The notes below the pieces were generated by a model. It was not told the origin of the DNA and did no database searches. It saw only the letters and a program-made list of their open reading frames with translations. The position numbers were made by a program, and so were the translations under genes. Below are positions 47,621 to 55,320 of a stretch of 64,000 bases of DNA, piece after piece (within the stretch, counting starts at the first letter, position 1; each line of letters starts with the position of its first letter). The stretch comes from a virus: positions 36,208 to 100,207 of the IMG/VR virus record IMGVR_UViG_3300027899_001695, one strand, 5' to 3'.

Positions 47621-47694
47621 AGGTCGGTCGTTCAATGACAGGATGCCAATCTTATATATTGGAGACAGAGGTTTGACTCCTCTACGACCTACCA
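47621..47694 (+). tRNA. trnI: tRNA-Ile(TAT)
   Basis: Cloverleaf; anticodon arm ccaat-CTTATAT-attgg; encoded CCA. Confidence 0.8.
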
Positions 47695-47698
47695 AAAC

Positions 47699-47787
47699 GG
47701 AAGGTTGCCAGAGTCTGGTAATGGCGCAGTCTTGAAAACTGAAGGAACCGAGAGGTTACGAGGGTTCGAATCCTTCACCTTCCGCCA
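47699..47787 (+). tRNA. trnS: tRNA-Ser(TGA)
   Basis: Loop CTTGAAA; long variable arm; G73. Confidence 0.92.
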
Positions 47788-47788
47788 A

Positions 47789-47863
47789 TGCGGAATAGCT
47801 CAGTAGCAGAGCATCGGCCTCATAAACCGATATGCGTGAGTGCAATTCTCACTTCCGCTACCA
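47789..47863 (+). tRNA. trnM: tRNA-Met(CAT), initiator-like
   Basis: Loop CTCATAA; 1:72 mismatch. Confidence 0.8.
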
Positions 47864-47864
47864 T

Positions 47865-47942
47865 CTGAGTGTAGCTCAGTCTGGCCAGAGCACTTGCCCT
47901 GGGAGCAAGGGGTCAGTGGTCCGAATCCACTCACTCAGACCA
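47865..47942 (+). tRNA. trnP: tRNA-Pro(TGG)
   Basis: cttgc-CCTGGGA-gcaag (C33); C1:G72, A73. Confidence 0.8.
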
Positions 47943-47943
47943 T

Positions 47944-48020
47944 ACTCTCGTAGCTCAGTTGTATAGAGCAGGATGCTTCTAACATCAAGGCCGTGGGTTA
48001 GAGTCCCACCGAGAGTACCA
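47944..48020 (+). tRNA. trnR: tRNA-Arg(TCT)
   Basis: Loop CTTCTAA. Confidence 0.85.
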
Positions 48021-48021
48021 T

Positions 48022-48096
48022 GCTCGCATCATCTAATGATAGGATACTGGGTTTTCACCCCAATAACGGTGGGTTTGATTCCCCCTGCGAGTACCA
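48022..48096 (+). tRNA. trnE: tRNA-Glu(TTC)
   Basis: Loop TTTTCAC. Confidence 0.85.
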
Positions 48097-48097
48097 T

Positions 48098-48171
48098 TTC
48101 GGAATCGTCTAGTGATAGGACAGAGGCCTTTGAAGCCTAGAACGGTGGTTTGAATCCATCTTCCGAAGCCA
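48098..48171 (+). tRNA. trnQ: tRNA-Gln(TTG)
   Basis: Loop CTTTGAA; U1:A72. Confidence 0.88.
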
Positions 48172-48172
48172 T

Positions 48173-48247
48173 TTTAGAGTCGTCTAATTGGTAGGACCTT
48201 ACGTTCTGAGCGTAAAGATTGTGGTCCGAGTCCACACTCTAAAGCCA
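48173..48247 (+). tRNA. trnQ: tRNA-Gln(CTG)
   Basis: Loop TTCTGAG; U1:A72. Confidence 0.88.
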
Positions 48248-48248
48248 T

Positions 48249-48323
48249 CTTCCTATCTTCTAGTGGTTAGGATTCCACCCTCTCAAGGTGGGGACGCCAG
48301 TTCAAATCTGGCTGGGAAGACCA
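48249..48323 (+). tRNA. trnE: tRNA-Glu(CTC)
   Basis: ccacc-CTCTCAA-ggtgg. Confidence 0.88.
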
Positions 48324-48385
48324 TAATATATAGAATTTCGTATACCTGAAATGTATGAAATGCGGGAAAGAAACAGAAGAGATAA

Positions 48386-48460
48386 GCCTCTTAAGTGTTG
48401 ATAGATACACACGTGGCTTCCAACCATGAGTAGTGAGAGCATTACTCACAAGAGGCTCCA
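48386..48460 (+). tRNA. trnG: tRNA-Gly(TCC)
   Basis: Loop CTTCCAA; U73; degenerate T-loop. Confidence 0.75.
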
Positions 48461-48461
48461 T

Positions 48462-48538
48462 AGGAGCGTAGCCGAATTGGCATAGGCAGCAGGTTTAGAC
48501 CCTGAAATCTAGGAGTTCGACTCTCCTCGCTCCTACCA
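48462..48538 (+). tRNA. trnL: tRNA-Leu(TAG), short variable arm
   Basis: Loop TTTAGAC. Confidence 0.88.
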
Positions 48539-48539
48539 T

Positions 48540-48629
48540 GCTAGCATTGCATAGTGGCGAATGCACCTGCCTGTAGAGCAGACACCCTTTGGGTAAACAT
48601 CGGAGGTTCGAGTCCTTCTGCTAGCACCA
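48540..48629 (+). tRNA. trnY: tRNA-Tyr(GTA), bacterial type
   Basis: Loop CTGTAGA; long variable arm; G1:C72. Confidence 0.9.
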
Positions 48630-48630
48630 A

Positions 48631-48707
48631 GGAAGTATAGACCAATTGGCAGAGTCATCTGCCTTAAGAGCAGAGTAGTGTCAGTTCGAATCTGACTACT
48701 TCCACCA
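48631..48707 (+). tRNA. trnL: tRNA-Leu(TAA), short variable arm
   Basis: Loop CTTAAGA. Confidence 0.88.
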
Positions 48708-48716
48708 TTTTATTGT

Positions 48717-48793
48717 GGGGGCGTAGACCAACTGGCAGAGTCGTCATCCTCAAAAGATGAATGATGTAGGTCCGAATCCTACCGCCCTTACCA
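48717..48793 (+). tRNA. trnL: tRNA-Leu(CAA), short variable arm
   Basis: Loop CTCAAAA. Confidence 0.88.
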
Positions 48794-48796
48794 TGC

Positions 48797-48870
48797 GGGA
48801 GAATAGTTTAATAGTAGAATAAATGTCTCCAAAACATTTGGTGTGCGTGCAAATCGTACTTCTCTTGCCA
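48797..48870 (+). tRNA. trnW: tRNA-Trp(CCA)
   Basis: Loop CTCCAAA; G73. Confidence 0.82.
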
Positions 48871-48933
48871 TAATTCGTAGTTATATAGAGATTAGCACTG
48901 TATAACAGTATGCGGGAATAGAAACAGTACTGT

Positions 48934-49022
48934 GGAAAGTTGGCAGAGTGGCTAATTGCAAGGGTTTGCTAAACCCTCGACCCTAAAAAGTCACGTGAGT
49001 TCGAATCTCACACTTTCCGCCA
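48934..49022 (+). tRNA. trnS: tRNA-Ser(GCT)
   Basis: Loop TTGCTAA; long variable arm. Confidence 0.92.
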
Positions 49023-49100
49023 TCAGTGAGTAGTGTTAATGGCTAGCACGGAAGGTCGTGGCCCTTCCAGAGTTGGTTCGAATCCAACCTCAACTGACCA
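49023..49100 (+). tRNA. trnH: tRNA-His(GTG), atypical acceptor stem
   Basis: gaagg-TCGTGGC-ccttc; irregular acceptor stem; lacks G-1:C73. Confidence 0.7.
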
Positions 49101-49108
49101 TATTTTAT

Positions 49109-49183
49109 GGGCTTATAGTGATAACGGGAGCACATCGCACTTGCAATGCGATAGTCAGGGTTCAATTCCCTGTGGGTCCACCA
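49109..49183 (+). tRNA. trnA: tRNA-Ala(TGC)
   Basis: Loop CTTGCAA; G3:U70. Confidence 0.9.
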
Positions 49184-49184
49184 T

Positions 49185-49258
49185 ACAGGATTGGTATAGT
49201 GGCAAAACGTCTGCTTGCCAAGTAGAAAACATGAGTTCGATTCTCATATCCTGTACCA
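49185..49258 (+). tRNA. trnG: tRNA-Gly(GCC)
   Basis: Loop TTGCCAA; atypical A73. Confidence 0.78.
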
Positions 49259-49265
49259 TTTTAAT

Positions 49266-49340
49266 GCCGCCATAGCACAGTGGTAGTGCGGTGGTTTTGT
49301 AAACCACTGACGAGAGTTCGATTCTACTCTGGTGGCTCCA
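49266..49340 (+). tRNA. trnT: tRNA-Thr(TGT)
   Basis: Loop TTTGTAA. Confidence 0.88.
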
Positions 49341-49343
49341 TAC

Positions 49344-49418
49344 GGGTCTATGGTATAAAGGCTATTACACTTGCCTGTCTAGCAAGAAATAGGAGTTCAA
49401 TTCTCCTTAGACTCGCCA
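49344..49418 (+). tRNA. trnD: tRNA-Asp(GTC)
   Basis: Loop CTGTCTA; G73. Confidence 0.85.
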
Positions 49419-49438
49419 AATCTTTTAGTGAGGTAGTT

Positions 49439-49873
49439 ATGAATGTCAGTAAAATATGTTGCGTATGTAAAGTAGAAAAACCAGTCGAAGAATTTGTTAA
49501 AAACCGCTCTAAAATAGCAAATGATGGATTAAGTTATTATTGTAGAGAGTGTACTAAATTATATCAAAAAGAGCATTATAAGAATAATAAAGCTAAGTAT
49601 TTAAAAAGGAATTCTGCCACAAGAAAGAAAAATCGTAATCTTATAAAAGATTATAAGAGAGACAAGGCTTGTATTTTATGTGGTGAATCTCATCCAGCTT
49701 GTTTAACATTCCATCATAGAGATATAAAGAATAAAGACTTTGATATAGGAATAGCTGCTGGATGTGGATTTGGCATAAATAAGATTAAAGAAGAGATAGC
49801 TAAATGTGATGTTTTGTGTGCTAATTGTCATCATAAATTGCATTATGCTGTTAATTATAGAATGCCCTCATAG
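49439..49873 (+). CDS. HNH endonuclease inserted in tRNA array
   Basis: GAGG RBS before ATG 49439; CCVC...CREC N-terminal finger; CILCG...LTFHH...CDVLCANCHHKLH. Confidence 0.85.
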   Translation: MNVSKICCVCKVEKPVEEFVKNRSKIANDGLSYYCRECTKLYQKEHYKNNKAKYLKRNSATRKKNRNLIKDYKRDKACILCGESHPACLTFHHRDIKNKDFDIGIAAGCGFGINKIKEEIAKCDVLCANCHHKLHYAVNYRMPS

Positions 49874-49938
49874 TGAAACGGATATCACGTGAAGCTACGA
49901 ACTTCAAATTGCGGATTCGATTTCTGCTGAGGGTGCCA
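49864..49938 (+). tRNA. trnR: tRNA-Arg(ACG)
   Basis: Loop CTACGAA. Confidence 0.85.
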
Positions 49939-49939
49939 T

Positions 49940-50014
49940 GCTCCTATAACTCAATGATAGAGTACTTCTCTCTTAAAGAAGACGTTGTAGGTTTGAGTCC
50001 TACTGGGAGCACCA
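49940..50014 (+). tRNA. trnK: tRNA-Lys(CTT)
   Basis: Loop CTCTTAA. Confidence 0.88.
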
Positions 50015-50015
50015 T

Positions 50016-50089
50016 ACCTCCATAGCTTAACGGTAAAGCAGTAGGCTTTTAACCTATTGATGTGGGTCCAATTCCCTCTGGGGGTACCA
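50016..50089 (+). tRNA. trnK: tRNA-Lys(TTT)
   Basis: Loop CTTTTAA. Confidence 0.85.
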
Positions 50090-50090
50090 T

Positions 50091-50165
50091 ACTCTCGTAG
50101 TTCAATGGATGAACAAGATTTTCCTAAAATCTAATATGTGGGTTCAAGTCCCATCGAGAGTACCA
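50091..50165 (+). tRNA. trnR: tRNA-Arg(CCT)
   Basis: Loop TTCCTAA. Confidence 0.85.
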
Positions 50166-50166
50166 T

Positions 50167-50241
50167 ACACCCTTGGCCTGATAGGGAAGCAGCTCTTTTA
50201 CACGGAGTGATATGTAGGTTCGAATCCTACAGGGTGTACCA
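50167..50241 (+). tRNA. trnV: tRNA-Val(TAC)
   Basis: Loop TTTACAC. Confidence 0.8.
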
Positions 50242-50242
50242 T

Positions 50243-50316
50243 ACTGGAGTCGTTCAATGGTAGGATAATGTGCTGATATCACATTGACGTAGGTTCAACT
50301 CCTTCCTCCAGTACCA
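50243..50316 (+). tRNA. trnI: tRNA-Ile(GAT)
   Basis: Loop CTGATAT. Confidence 0.85.
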
Positions 50317-50329
50317 ACAAGTTTTCATG

Positions 50330-50404
50330 GGGGCAGAAACCAAATGATTTAGGTAGCTGTCTGCAAAACAGAATGACAGGGTTTGATTCCCTGCTGCCCC
50401 TCCA
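50330..50404 (+). tRNA. trnC: tRNA-Cys(GCA)
   Basis: Loop CTGCAAA; U73. Confidence 0.85.
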
Positions 50405-50406
50405 AT

Positions 50407-50482
50407 AGTCCAGTAGCTTAATTGGTAAAGCACGGAGCTGTTAACTCTGGGGATGCTGGTTCGAATCCAGCCTTGACTGCCA
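50407..50482 (+). tRNA. trnN: tRNA-Asn(GTT)
   Basis: Loop CTGTTAA; G73. Confidence 0.88.
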
Positions 50483-50483
50483 T

Positions 50484-50560
50484 GCTTAGGTAGCTCAGTC
50501 TGGTAGAGCACTTGCCTGAAGAGTAAGGTGTCGTTGGTCCGATTCCAACCCTAAGCACCA
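50484..50560 (+). tRNA. trnF: tRNA-Phe(GAA)
   Basis: Loop CTGAAGA. Confidence 0.9.
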
Positions 50561-50599
50561 TGAATATTAAACACTTGCATAGGTGTGGTATAATAGAGT

Positions 50600-50929
50600 A
50601 TGAAAAAGAAATACTTTTTAGTATGTGGGCATTGCGAAAAACGAGAGGCAGAGTTTGTATTTATAGACTCTTATGATGAGTGGTGGAATGATAGACCCTG
50701 CTTTCCTGTATGTAAGAAATGTAGGCTCTATGAGAAACTAAAACGAATGGGAGAACAAATAAGACAAAATATCGCAATGTACACTATCAAACAAATTAGA
50801 TATATAGGAATGGAGGATATAGACGACCATATCATTACAGTACAGGAAAATAAGAAACTGTACAAGGTCAGAGGAACAGTAAAGCGAGTTATAAAGGAGA
50901 AAATACATGATAAACGAAGAAGAAAATAA
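50600..50929 (+). CDS. Zinc-finger protein
   Basis: CGHC...CKKCRLYEKLK; preceded by TGTGGTATAAT. Confidence 0.55.
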   Translation: MKKKYFLVCGHCEKREAEFVFIDSYDEWWNDRPCFPVCKKCRLYEKLKRMGEQIRQNIAMYTIKQIRYIGMEDIDDHIITVQENKKLYKVRGTVKRVIKEKIHDKRRRK

Positions 50930-51329
50930 ACCACAGGACCCAGGACTTCCGTATAAAAAGAAACGAGTGTATCGCAGGAAAAATGCGGGGAAAAAAGAAA
51001 TAAAACCTAAAGCAGACATGACTGAAGAAGAGGAAGAATTAGCAGCTAGGTCTAAGTTTTGTACTAAGGTAAGAGACATTCTTGCTATAGATTATAGAGA
51101 TACTACAATAGCTAAGTCTCTTGAACAAGATGATGAATTCATTTCTGGGCAATGGAAGAAAATAGGCAGGATAGTAATGCCGTTTGTAGCAGGTGGGGTT
51201 GCCTTAGAGGGACCACAGTCAACTGTTAAGAATGCTTTTGTCATTGGCTACTATCTTGGCTCATTAAAGTCACAGCATAATAAAGAAGTTGAAAATTTTA
51301 ATAAAAAGTTTGGAATTCTTTCTGAATAA
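50907..51329 (+). CDS. Hypothetical protein
   Basis: ORF with GGAG RBS. Confidence 0.6.
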   Translation: MINEEENKPQDPGLPYKKKRVYRRKNAGKKEIKPKADMTEEEEELAARSKFCTKVRDILAIDYRDTTIAKSLEQDDEFISGQWKKIGRIVMPFVAGGVALEGPQSTVKNAFVIGYYLGSLKSQHNKEVENFNKKFGILSE

Positions 51330-51364
51330 GTTTTGAAAGAAGCGTCCTCTGTAGTATAATTAAG
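51329..51364 (+). promoter_or_regulatory. Putative late promoter, copy 3
   Basis: AGTTTTGAAAG-N15-TATAATTAAG. Confidence 0.65.
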
Positions 51365-51442
51365 TCTAGACTAGGAAACATATTCCTTTTCTAGGCTTTT
51401 TTATTGCCTAAGAAAGATTGAAAAAAAGGAGGACTAATATTT

Positions 51443-52222
51443 ATGAACGGACAAATGTGGGGCGAAATGCTCGATGTCTTAAAAGACATTGGAGGTTATT
51501 TAGCCAAGGCTGACACCGAACAGACTCGTGCCAGTATCGACAAGGCTCCGAAGATTTCTGAAGAGCAGAAACCTATTAAGGGTGATGGCGATTTAGTGCA
51601 TGGATTTGCTCCTGGTAAAGGCGTGGCTAAGTCCTTACGCAAGGGAATGGATGTAGACATTCCAGAGGAAGGAAGCGAGAATGAGAGTTTTACTCCTAAG
51701 GATGAGGAATCTTCAAAGTTTGCCAAAGAGTTTGGTGAAGAGGAAGAGTATGGCGATGAGGTAGAAGATGATGGGATGGGTGGAGATGATGAATATGCTG
51801 AGGAAGAGGAAGAAGAAGAGGAAGAGGAAGGCGAAGGTGGCGAAGGTGAACCGTCTATGGAAGACCTAAGTCAACTAAAATCACTCCTAAAAGACATTCG
51901 CAAATCTCTTATTCAGCAAGCTAAAACTGTTACTAGCAATAGTGGCATGATTAGTAAGGCAGACCTGAAGAAGGCTATACAGCCTATGATTAAAGAGGAA
52001 GCTCAACGTATGATTCGCAAGATGGGATTCAATCCCTCTAGGGCAGATATTGTACGTTTTGGCGTTGAAGATAGTGGAAACTTGATTCAAAAGAGCATGG
52101 ATAGAGAGAAAGCACAGGTAGATAAGAATGCGGATACTGTGGAACAACTGTCTGGTTTGTCATGGCAGAAGCTGGGGCAGATTAGGGAAAACCTTGGACA
52201 GTTTAATCCCTTTTACAAGTAA
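51443..52222 (+). CDS. Capsid scaffolding protein
   Basis: Directly upstream of MCP; acidic tract; many hydrophobic-X-K-[SAG] sites (LAKA, VAKS, LRKG, IRKS, ISKA, IQKS). Confidence 0.75.
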   Translation: MNGQMWGEMLDVLKDIGGYLAKADTEQTRASIDKAPKISEEQKPIKGDGDLVHGFAPGKGVAKSLRKGMDVDIPEEGSENESFTPKDEESSKFAKEFGEEEEYGDEVEDDGMGGDDEYAEEEEEEEEEEGEGGEGEPSMEDLSQLKSLLKDIRKSLIQQAKTVTSNSGMISKADLKKAIQPMIKEEAQRMIRKMGFNPSRADIVRFGVEDSGNLIQKSMDREKAQVDKNADTVEQLSGLSWQKLGQIRENLGQFNPFYK

Positions 52223-52249
52223 TTAACAAGGAGGTTAAGATAAAATATA

Positions 52250-53647
52250 ATGGCTAATGAAATGTCGTTAGGCGAATATCTAGCTCAGGCTCAGAGGAGC
52301 ATGGGTGGTGGTCAGTTTGGTAGGGTTTCTGGACCTATGACGGGCTACATGTTTGGGTCTGACGCACTTCGTAAGGGTACGCCTGTTGGTGGCGGAACTT
52401 ACCTAGACCTTGCACAGAACACATTCACCGCAACATACGGTAAAAAGGTCTGGGACGCTTTGAACAATAAGACCGTAACTTTCAACGCAATTAAAAAGGT
52501 TGATTGGGGTCCTACAGTAGGTTGGAGACTGAGGACAGATAGAGGTGTTGGCAGGTCAAGTCCTGTGACTGAAACTGGCAACCTTCCTGTAATCGATGTC
52601 TCAAACTATATTGGTGTTTATAGCTATCCGAAACAACTCGTGACTACTTTCGGTGTGAGTCTGAAGGCTCAAGCGGTATCAGCCCTTGAAGGTGGTATCG
52701 GAAACCAATTCTCTGTGGAGCAGGAAGCTTCATCTCGTGACCATGTCAAGGAAATCAATGGCGAAATTATGTGCGGTAGTGCTTTCCAGTGTATCACTAC
52801 ACCTAGTACACCTGCTGCAACAGCCTTTGCTGTTCCGCCAGCTGCGGTTACTAACTTTAGAGTTGGGGATACTGTCAATTTCTGTGATGCTACTGACGGG
52901 TCTTTTAAAACTACAGGTGGTGTAATTTCTGCTATTAATACTACTACAGGTCAATGTACTATCTCTGATGCAGGGTTTACTCCCGCAGATGGGGATACTG
53001 TATATGTAGTAGCTAGAAATGGTATCACAGGTCTTGATGATGCATGTATGGCTGATGGTTATACGATTGCTGCAGCTGGTTCTGCAAAAGCAAATGTGTA
53101 TAACTTCACTACTCGTGTGGCTGGGACATATTCTGCGGGTGCAAACTCACAGGCGTATGCTGCTGGTGTAGCTAGGGACTTGACTCTTCCTTTGGTTGAT
53201 GCAGGTTTCCAGACCATTCGTCAGAATGGTGGCGAGCCCAAGCTTATCGTAACTGGTCTTGACCAGTATGATAATTTCAACCAGTTTCTACAGGCACAGC
53301 AGAGGTTTGTGGACGTTACGGACTTTATCGTTGGTGTTGGCGATGATAGGACATATCCTGGTACTAGGGCTGGTTTCCAGCTTGCTACGTACAGGGGTGT
53401 CCCCATTCTACCTGACCCTGATACGGCTAAGTCGTATAATCTGGCAGACACCGCTCTTGGTTCTGATTTCTATATGTTAGATACGGACTATTTGGAACTG
53501 GCAGTAATGTATCCTACTCAATACGTTGAGAATAGGGATTACTTCGCAGCCAATGCTCTGGTTATTCGTGGTATGTTTATTACCATGATGGAACTTAGGG
53601 TTCTTAGGCCTGATTTAATGTACAAGATTTCTAACCTTAACACTTAA
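52250..53647 (+). CDS. Major capsid protein (HK97 fold)
   Basis: TYGKKVWDALNN...WGPTVGWR, SRDHVKEIN, NGGEPKLIVTG, ATYRGVPILPD, YMLDTDYL; putative propeptide ending LRK/G. Confidence 0.88.
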   Translation: MANEMSLGEYLAQAQRSMGGGQFGRVSGPMTGYMFGSDALRKGTPVGGGTYLDLAQNTFTATYGKKVWDALNNKTVTFNAIKKVDWGPTVGWRLRTDRGVGRSSPVTETGNLPVIDVSNYIGVYSYPKQLVTTFGVSLKAQAVSALEGGIGNQFSVEQEASSRDHVKEINGEIMCGSAFQCITTPSTPAATAFAVPPAAVTNFRVGDTVNFCDATDGSFKTTGGVISAINTTTGQCTISDAGFTPADGDTVYVVARNGITGLDDACMADGYTIAAAGSAKANVYNFTTRVAGTYSAGANSQAYAAGVARDLTLPLVDAGFQTIRQNGGEPKLIVTGLDQYDNFNQFLQAQQRFVDVTDFIVGVGDDRTYPGTRAGFQLATYRGVPILPDPDTAKSYNLADTALGSDFYMLDTDYLELAVMYPTQYVENRDYFAANALVIRGMFITMMELRVLRPDLMYKISNLNT

Positions 53648-53757
53648 GTCTAATACAGTTTGACCATACCTTAAAATGGCAGGCAGGATAATCCCACGAA
53701 GCGTGGCTCATAGGAAAGGTGGAAGCCTATGGGATATAAATTATAGGAGGCTTTAAT

Positions 53758-54081
53758 ATGGCAGCTACTACAATTACTTCAGTTACACCTATTTCAGGTG
53801 GTAATACCGTCTTTGGAAATAAACGAATTGTTATTGCAGATATTGTGTTTGATGGTGGAGATTGGCCTGCTGCAGGTTTAGCATTGATAGGGTCGAGGTT
53901 TGGTATGCAAGCATTAGATGCTGTAATAGTTTCAGGTTGTGCAAAATTAAACTACAAATGGGCATCAGATGTTATTAATGCCTATGTTAGTACTACTGCA
54001 GGAGCTGCGATGACTTCTGCTTCTGGTATTGCGAATGATGAAACTATAAGAGTTACCGCAATCGGTTATGGTCTTAAATAA
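53758..54081 (+). CDS. Putative capsid decoration protein, paralog A
   Basis: Follows MCP; VFGNKRIVIAD...WPAAGLAL...AIGYGLK. Confidence 0.65.
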   Translation: MAATTITSVTPISGGNTVFGNKRIVIADIVFDGGDWPAAGLALIGSRFGMQALDAVIVSGCAKLNYKWASDVINAYVSTTAGAAMTSASGIANDETIRVTAIGYGLK

Positions 54082-54093
54082 GGAGGGTGAATT

Positions 54094-54414
54094 ATGGCTA
54101 CAGTAATTAGTTCAATTACTCCTATAGAAGGAGGCCATACTGTTTTTGGTAACAAAAGAATCTGTATTGCAGATGTAGTTTTATCTAGTAGCACATGGCC
54201 TGCAAGTGGTTTAGCTTTAACAGGTTCTGATTTTGGAATGTCTGCTCTAGATACTGTATGGACTTGTGGTGGAGCTAAGGCCAACTATAAATGGTCTTCC
54301 AATTTACTACAGGCCTATGTTAGTACTGGAACATCTGCTGTTATGGGATTAGCCACAGGCTTAAATGTAGCAGAAACTATAAGAGTAGTCGCAATAGGTT
54401 ATGGCTTAAAATAA
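54094..54414 (+). CDS. Putative capsid decoration protein, paralog B
   Basis: Tandem duplicate of paralog A. Confidence 0.65.
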   Translation: MATVISSITPIEGGHTVFGNKRICIADVVLSSSTWPASGLALTGSDFGMSALDTVWTCGGAKANYKWSSNLLQAYVSTGTSAVMGLATGLNVAETIRVVAIGYGLK

Positions 54415-54490
54415 GGAGCGTAAAATATGGCTCTTATTAGTATTATTCAGACCGAGAGAATAGAGAAGTTGATTAGAGTAGGTAATATAT

Positions 54491-55057
54491 ATGGGACTTA
54501 AAAGTGTACAAATAATTGCTGATGACCAGACAGAAGTAGCTAGCAAATTACAAACGTTGATAGATACTTATGATGTGTCCAGTACTGAAGTTAAAACTGT
54601 TGAGATTTCTCCCTTCGGTGCATTAAAGTTTTTAATTAGTTTAACCTATGCAGATAGCTCTTTGAAGACTCTGGAAATTCTTTCTTCTAAATTAGGAATA
54701 TCCGTACTTGCTCCTAAAATAAAAGTTGTTGCACAGAGGGCTTTAAGTACTACAATTGGATTAAAAGCGGCTTTTGTAGATTCTTATAAATATTATAGGA
54801 AACTAACAACAAGTCTTGGTTTAACTGTATCTTTTGCTTTAAATATAACTACTAAGATAACAGGTATCGTGGGGCTTAGTGCTTTAGTTCCTGTAGTTAG
54901 TTTAGTTTTAAGTAGGGCTTTAAGTACTACAGTAGGTTTAGTAGCTTCTATGGACTTTTTAAACATAGTTAGATGTAATAGTTTTACTAACAAAACAGGT
55001 TTAAAGATTACTTGGAGAGCTAATTTAAATGGAGTTGAAATAGAACCTTTGGTTTAA
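54491..55057 (+). CDS. Putative structural protein with RALSTTxGL repeats
   Basis: Internal repeats; structural module context. Confidence 0.55.
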   Translation: MGLKSVQIIADDQTEVASKLQTLIDTYDVSSTEVKTVEISPFGALKFLISLTYADSSLKTLEILSSKLGISVLAPKIKVVAQRALSTTIGLKAAFVDSYKYYRKLTTSLGLTVSFALNITTKITGIVGLSALVPVVSLVLSRALSTTVGLVASMDFLNIVRCNSFTNKTGLKITWRANLNGVEIEPLV

Positions 55058-55071
55058 TTTAGGAGGAAAAT

Positions 55072-55320
55072 ATGGAAAAGGATGTATTGAAAGGGAAAAA
55101 GATGACTAAGGAAATTACTTTTAAGACAAAGAAAGGAGCTACTGTAATAGCACGAGAATGGGTTACAGACCCAGAGATAAAAAAAGCGGAAGAAACGAAA
55201 AGGTATCTTGAATGTAATTTCTGTCACGAAAAGGATTATGAGCAACATCATAAGGAATCAGGCTCTTCTTGGTGTAAAACATGTGGAAGATGTTTTCCTG
55301 CAATATGGAAGACTGAATAG
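55072..55320 (+). CDS. Zinc-ribbon protein
   Basis: CNFC...CKTCG; AGGAGG RBS. Confidence 0.55.
   Translation: MEKDVLKGKKMTKEITFKTKKGATVIAREWVTDPEIKKAEETKRYLECNFCHEKDYEQHHKESGSSWCKTCGRCFPAIWKTE

Noticed and set aside
48267-50511. ORF-track entries 48267..48461, 49033..49275, 50254..50511 and the 5' part of 49280..49873
   Set aside because: They overlap clear tRNA genes; the HNH gene has its own RBS and ATG at 49439
47621-50560. Stop-codon reassignment or suppressor tRNAs
   Set aside because: No CTA, TTA or TCA anticodon found; long genes are intact in code 11 and TAG, TGA and TAA all end genes
51363-51402. Hairpin plus T-run in the scaffold leader as an attenuator
   Set aside because: The stem overlaps the predicted transcription start; it may just terminate upstream transcripts, so evidence is too weak
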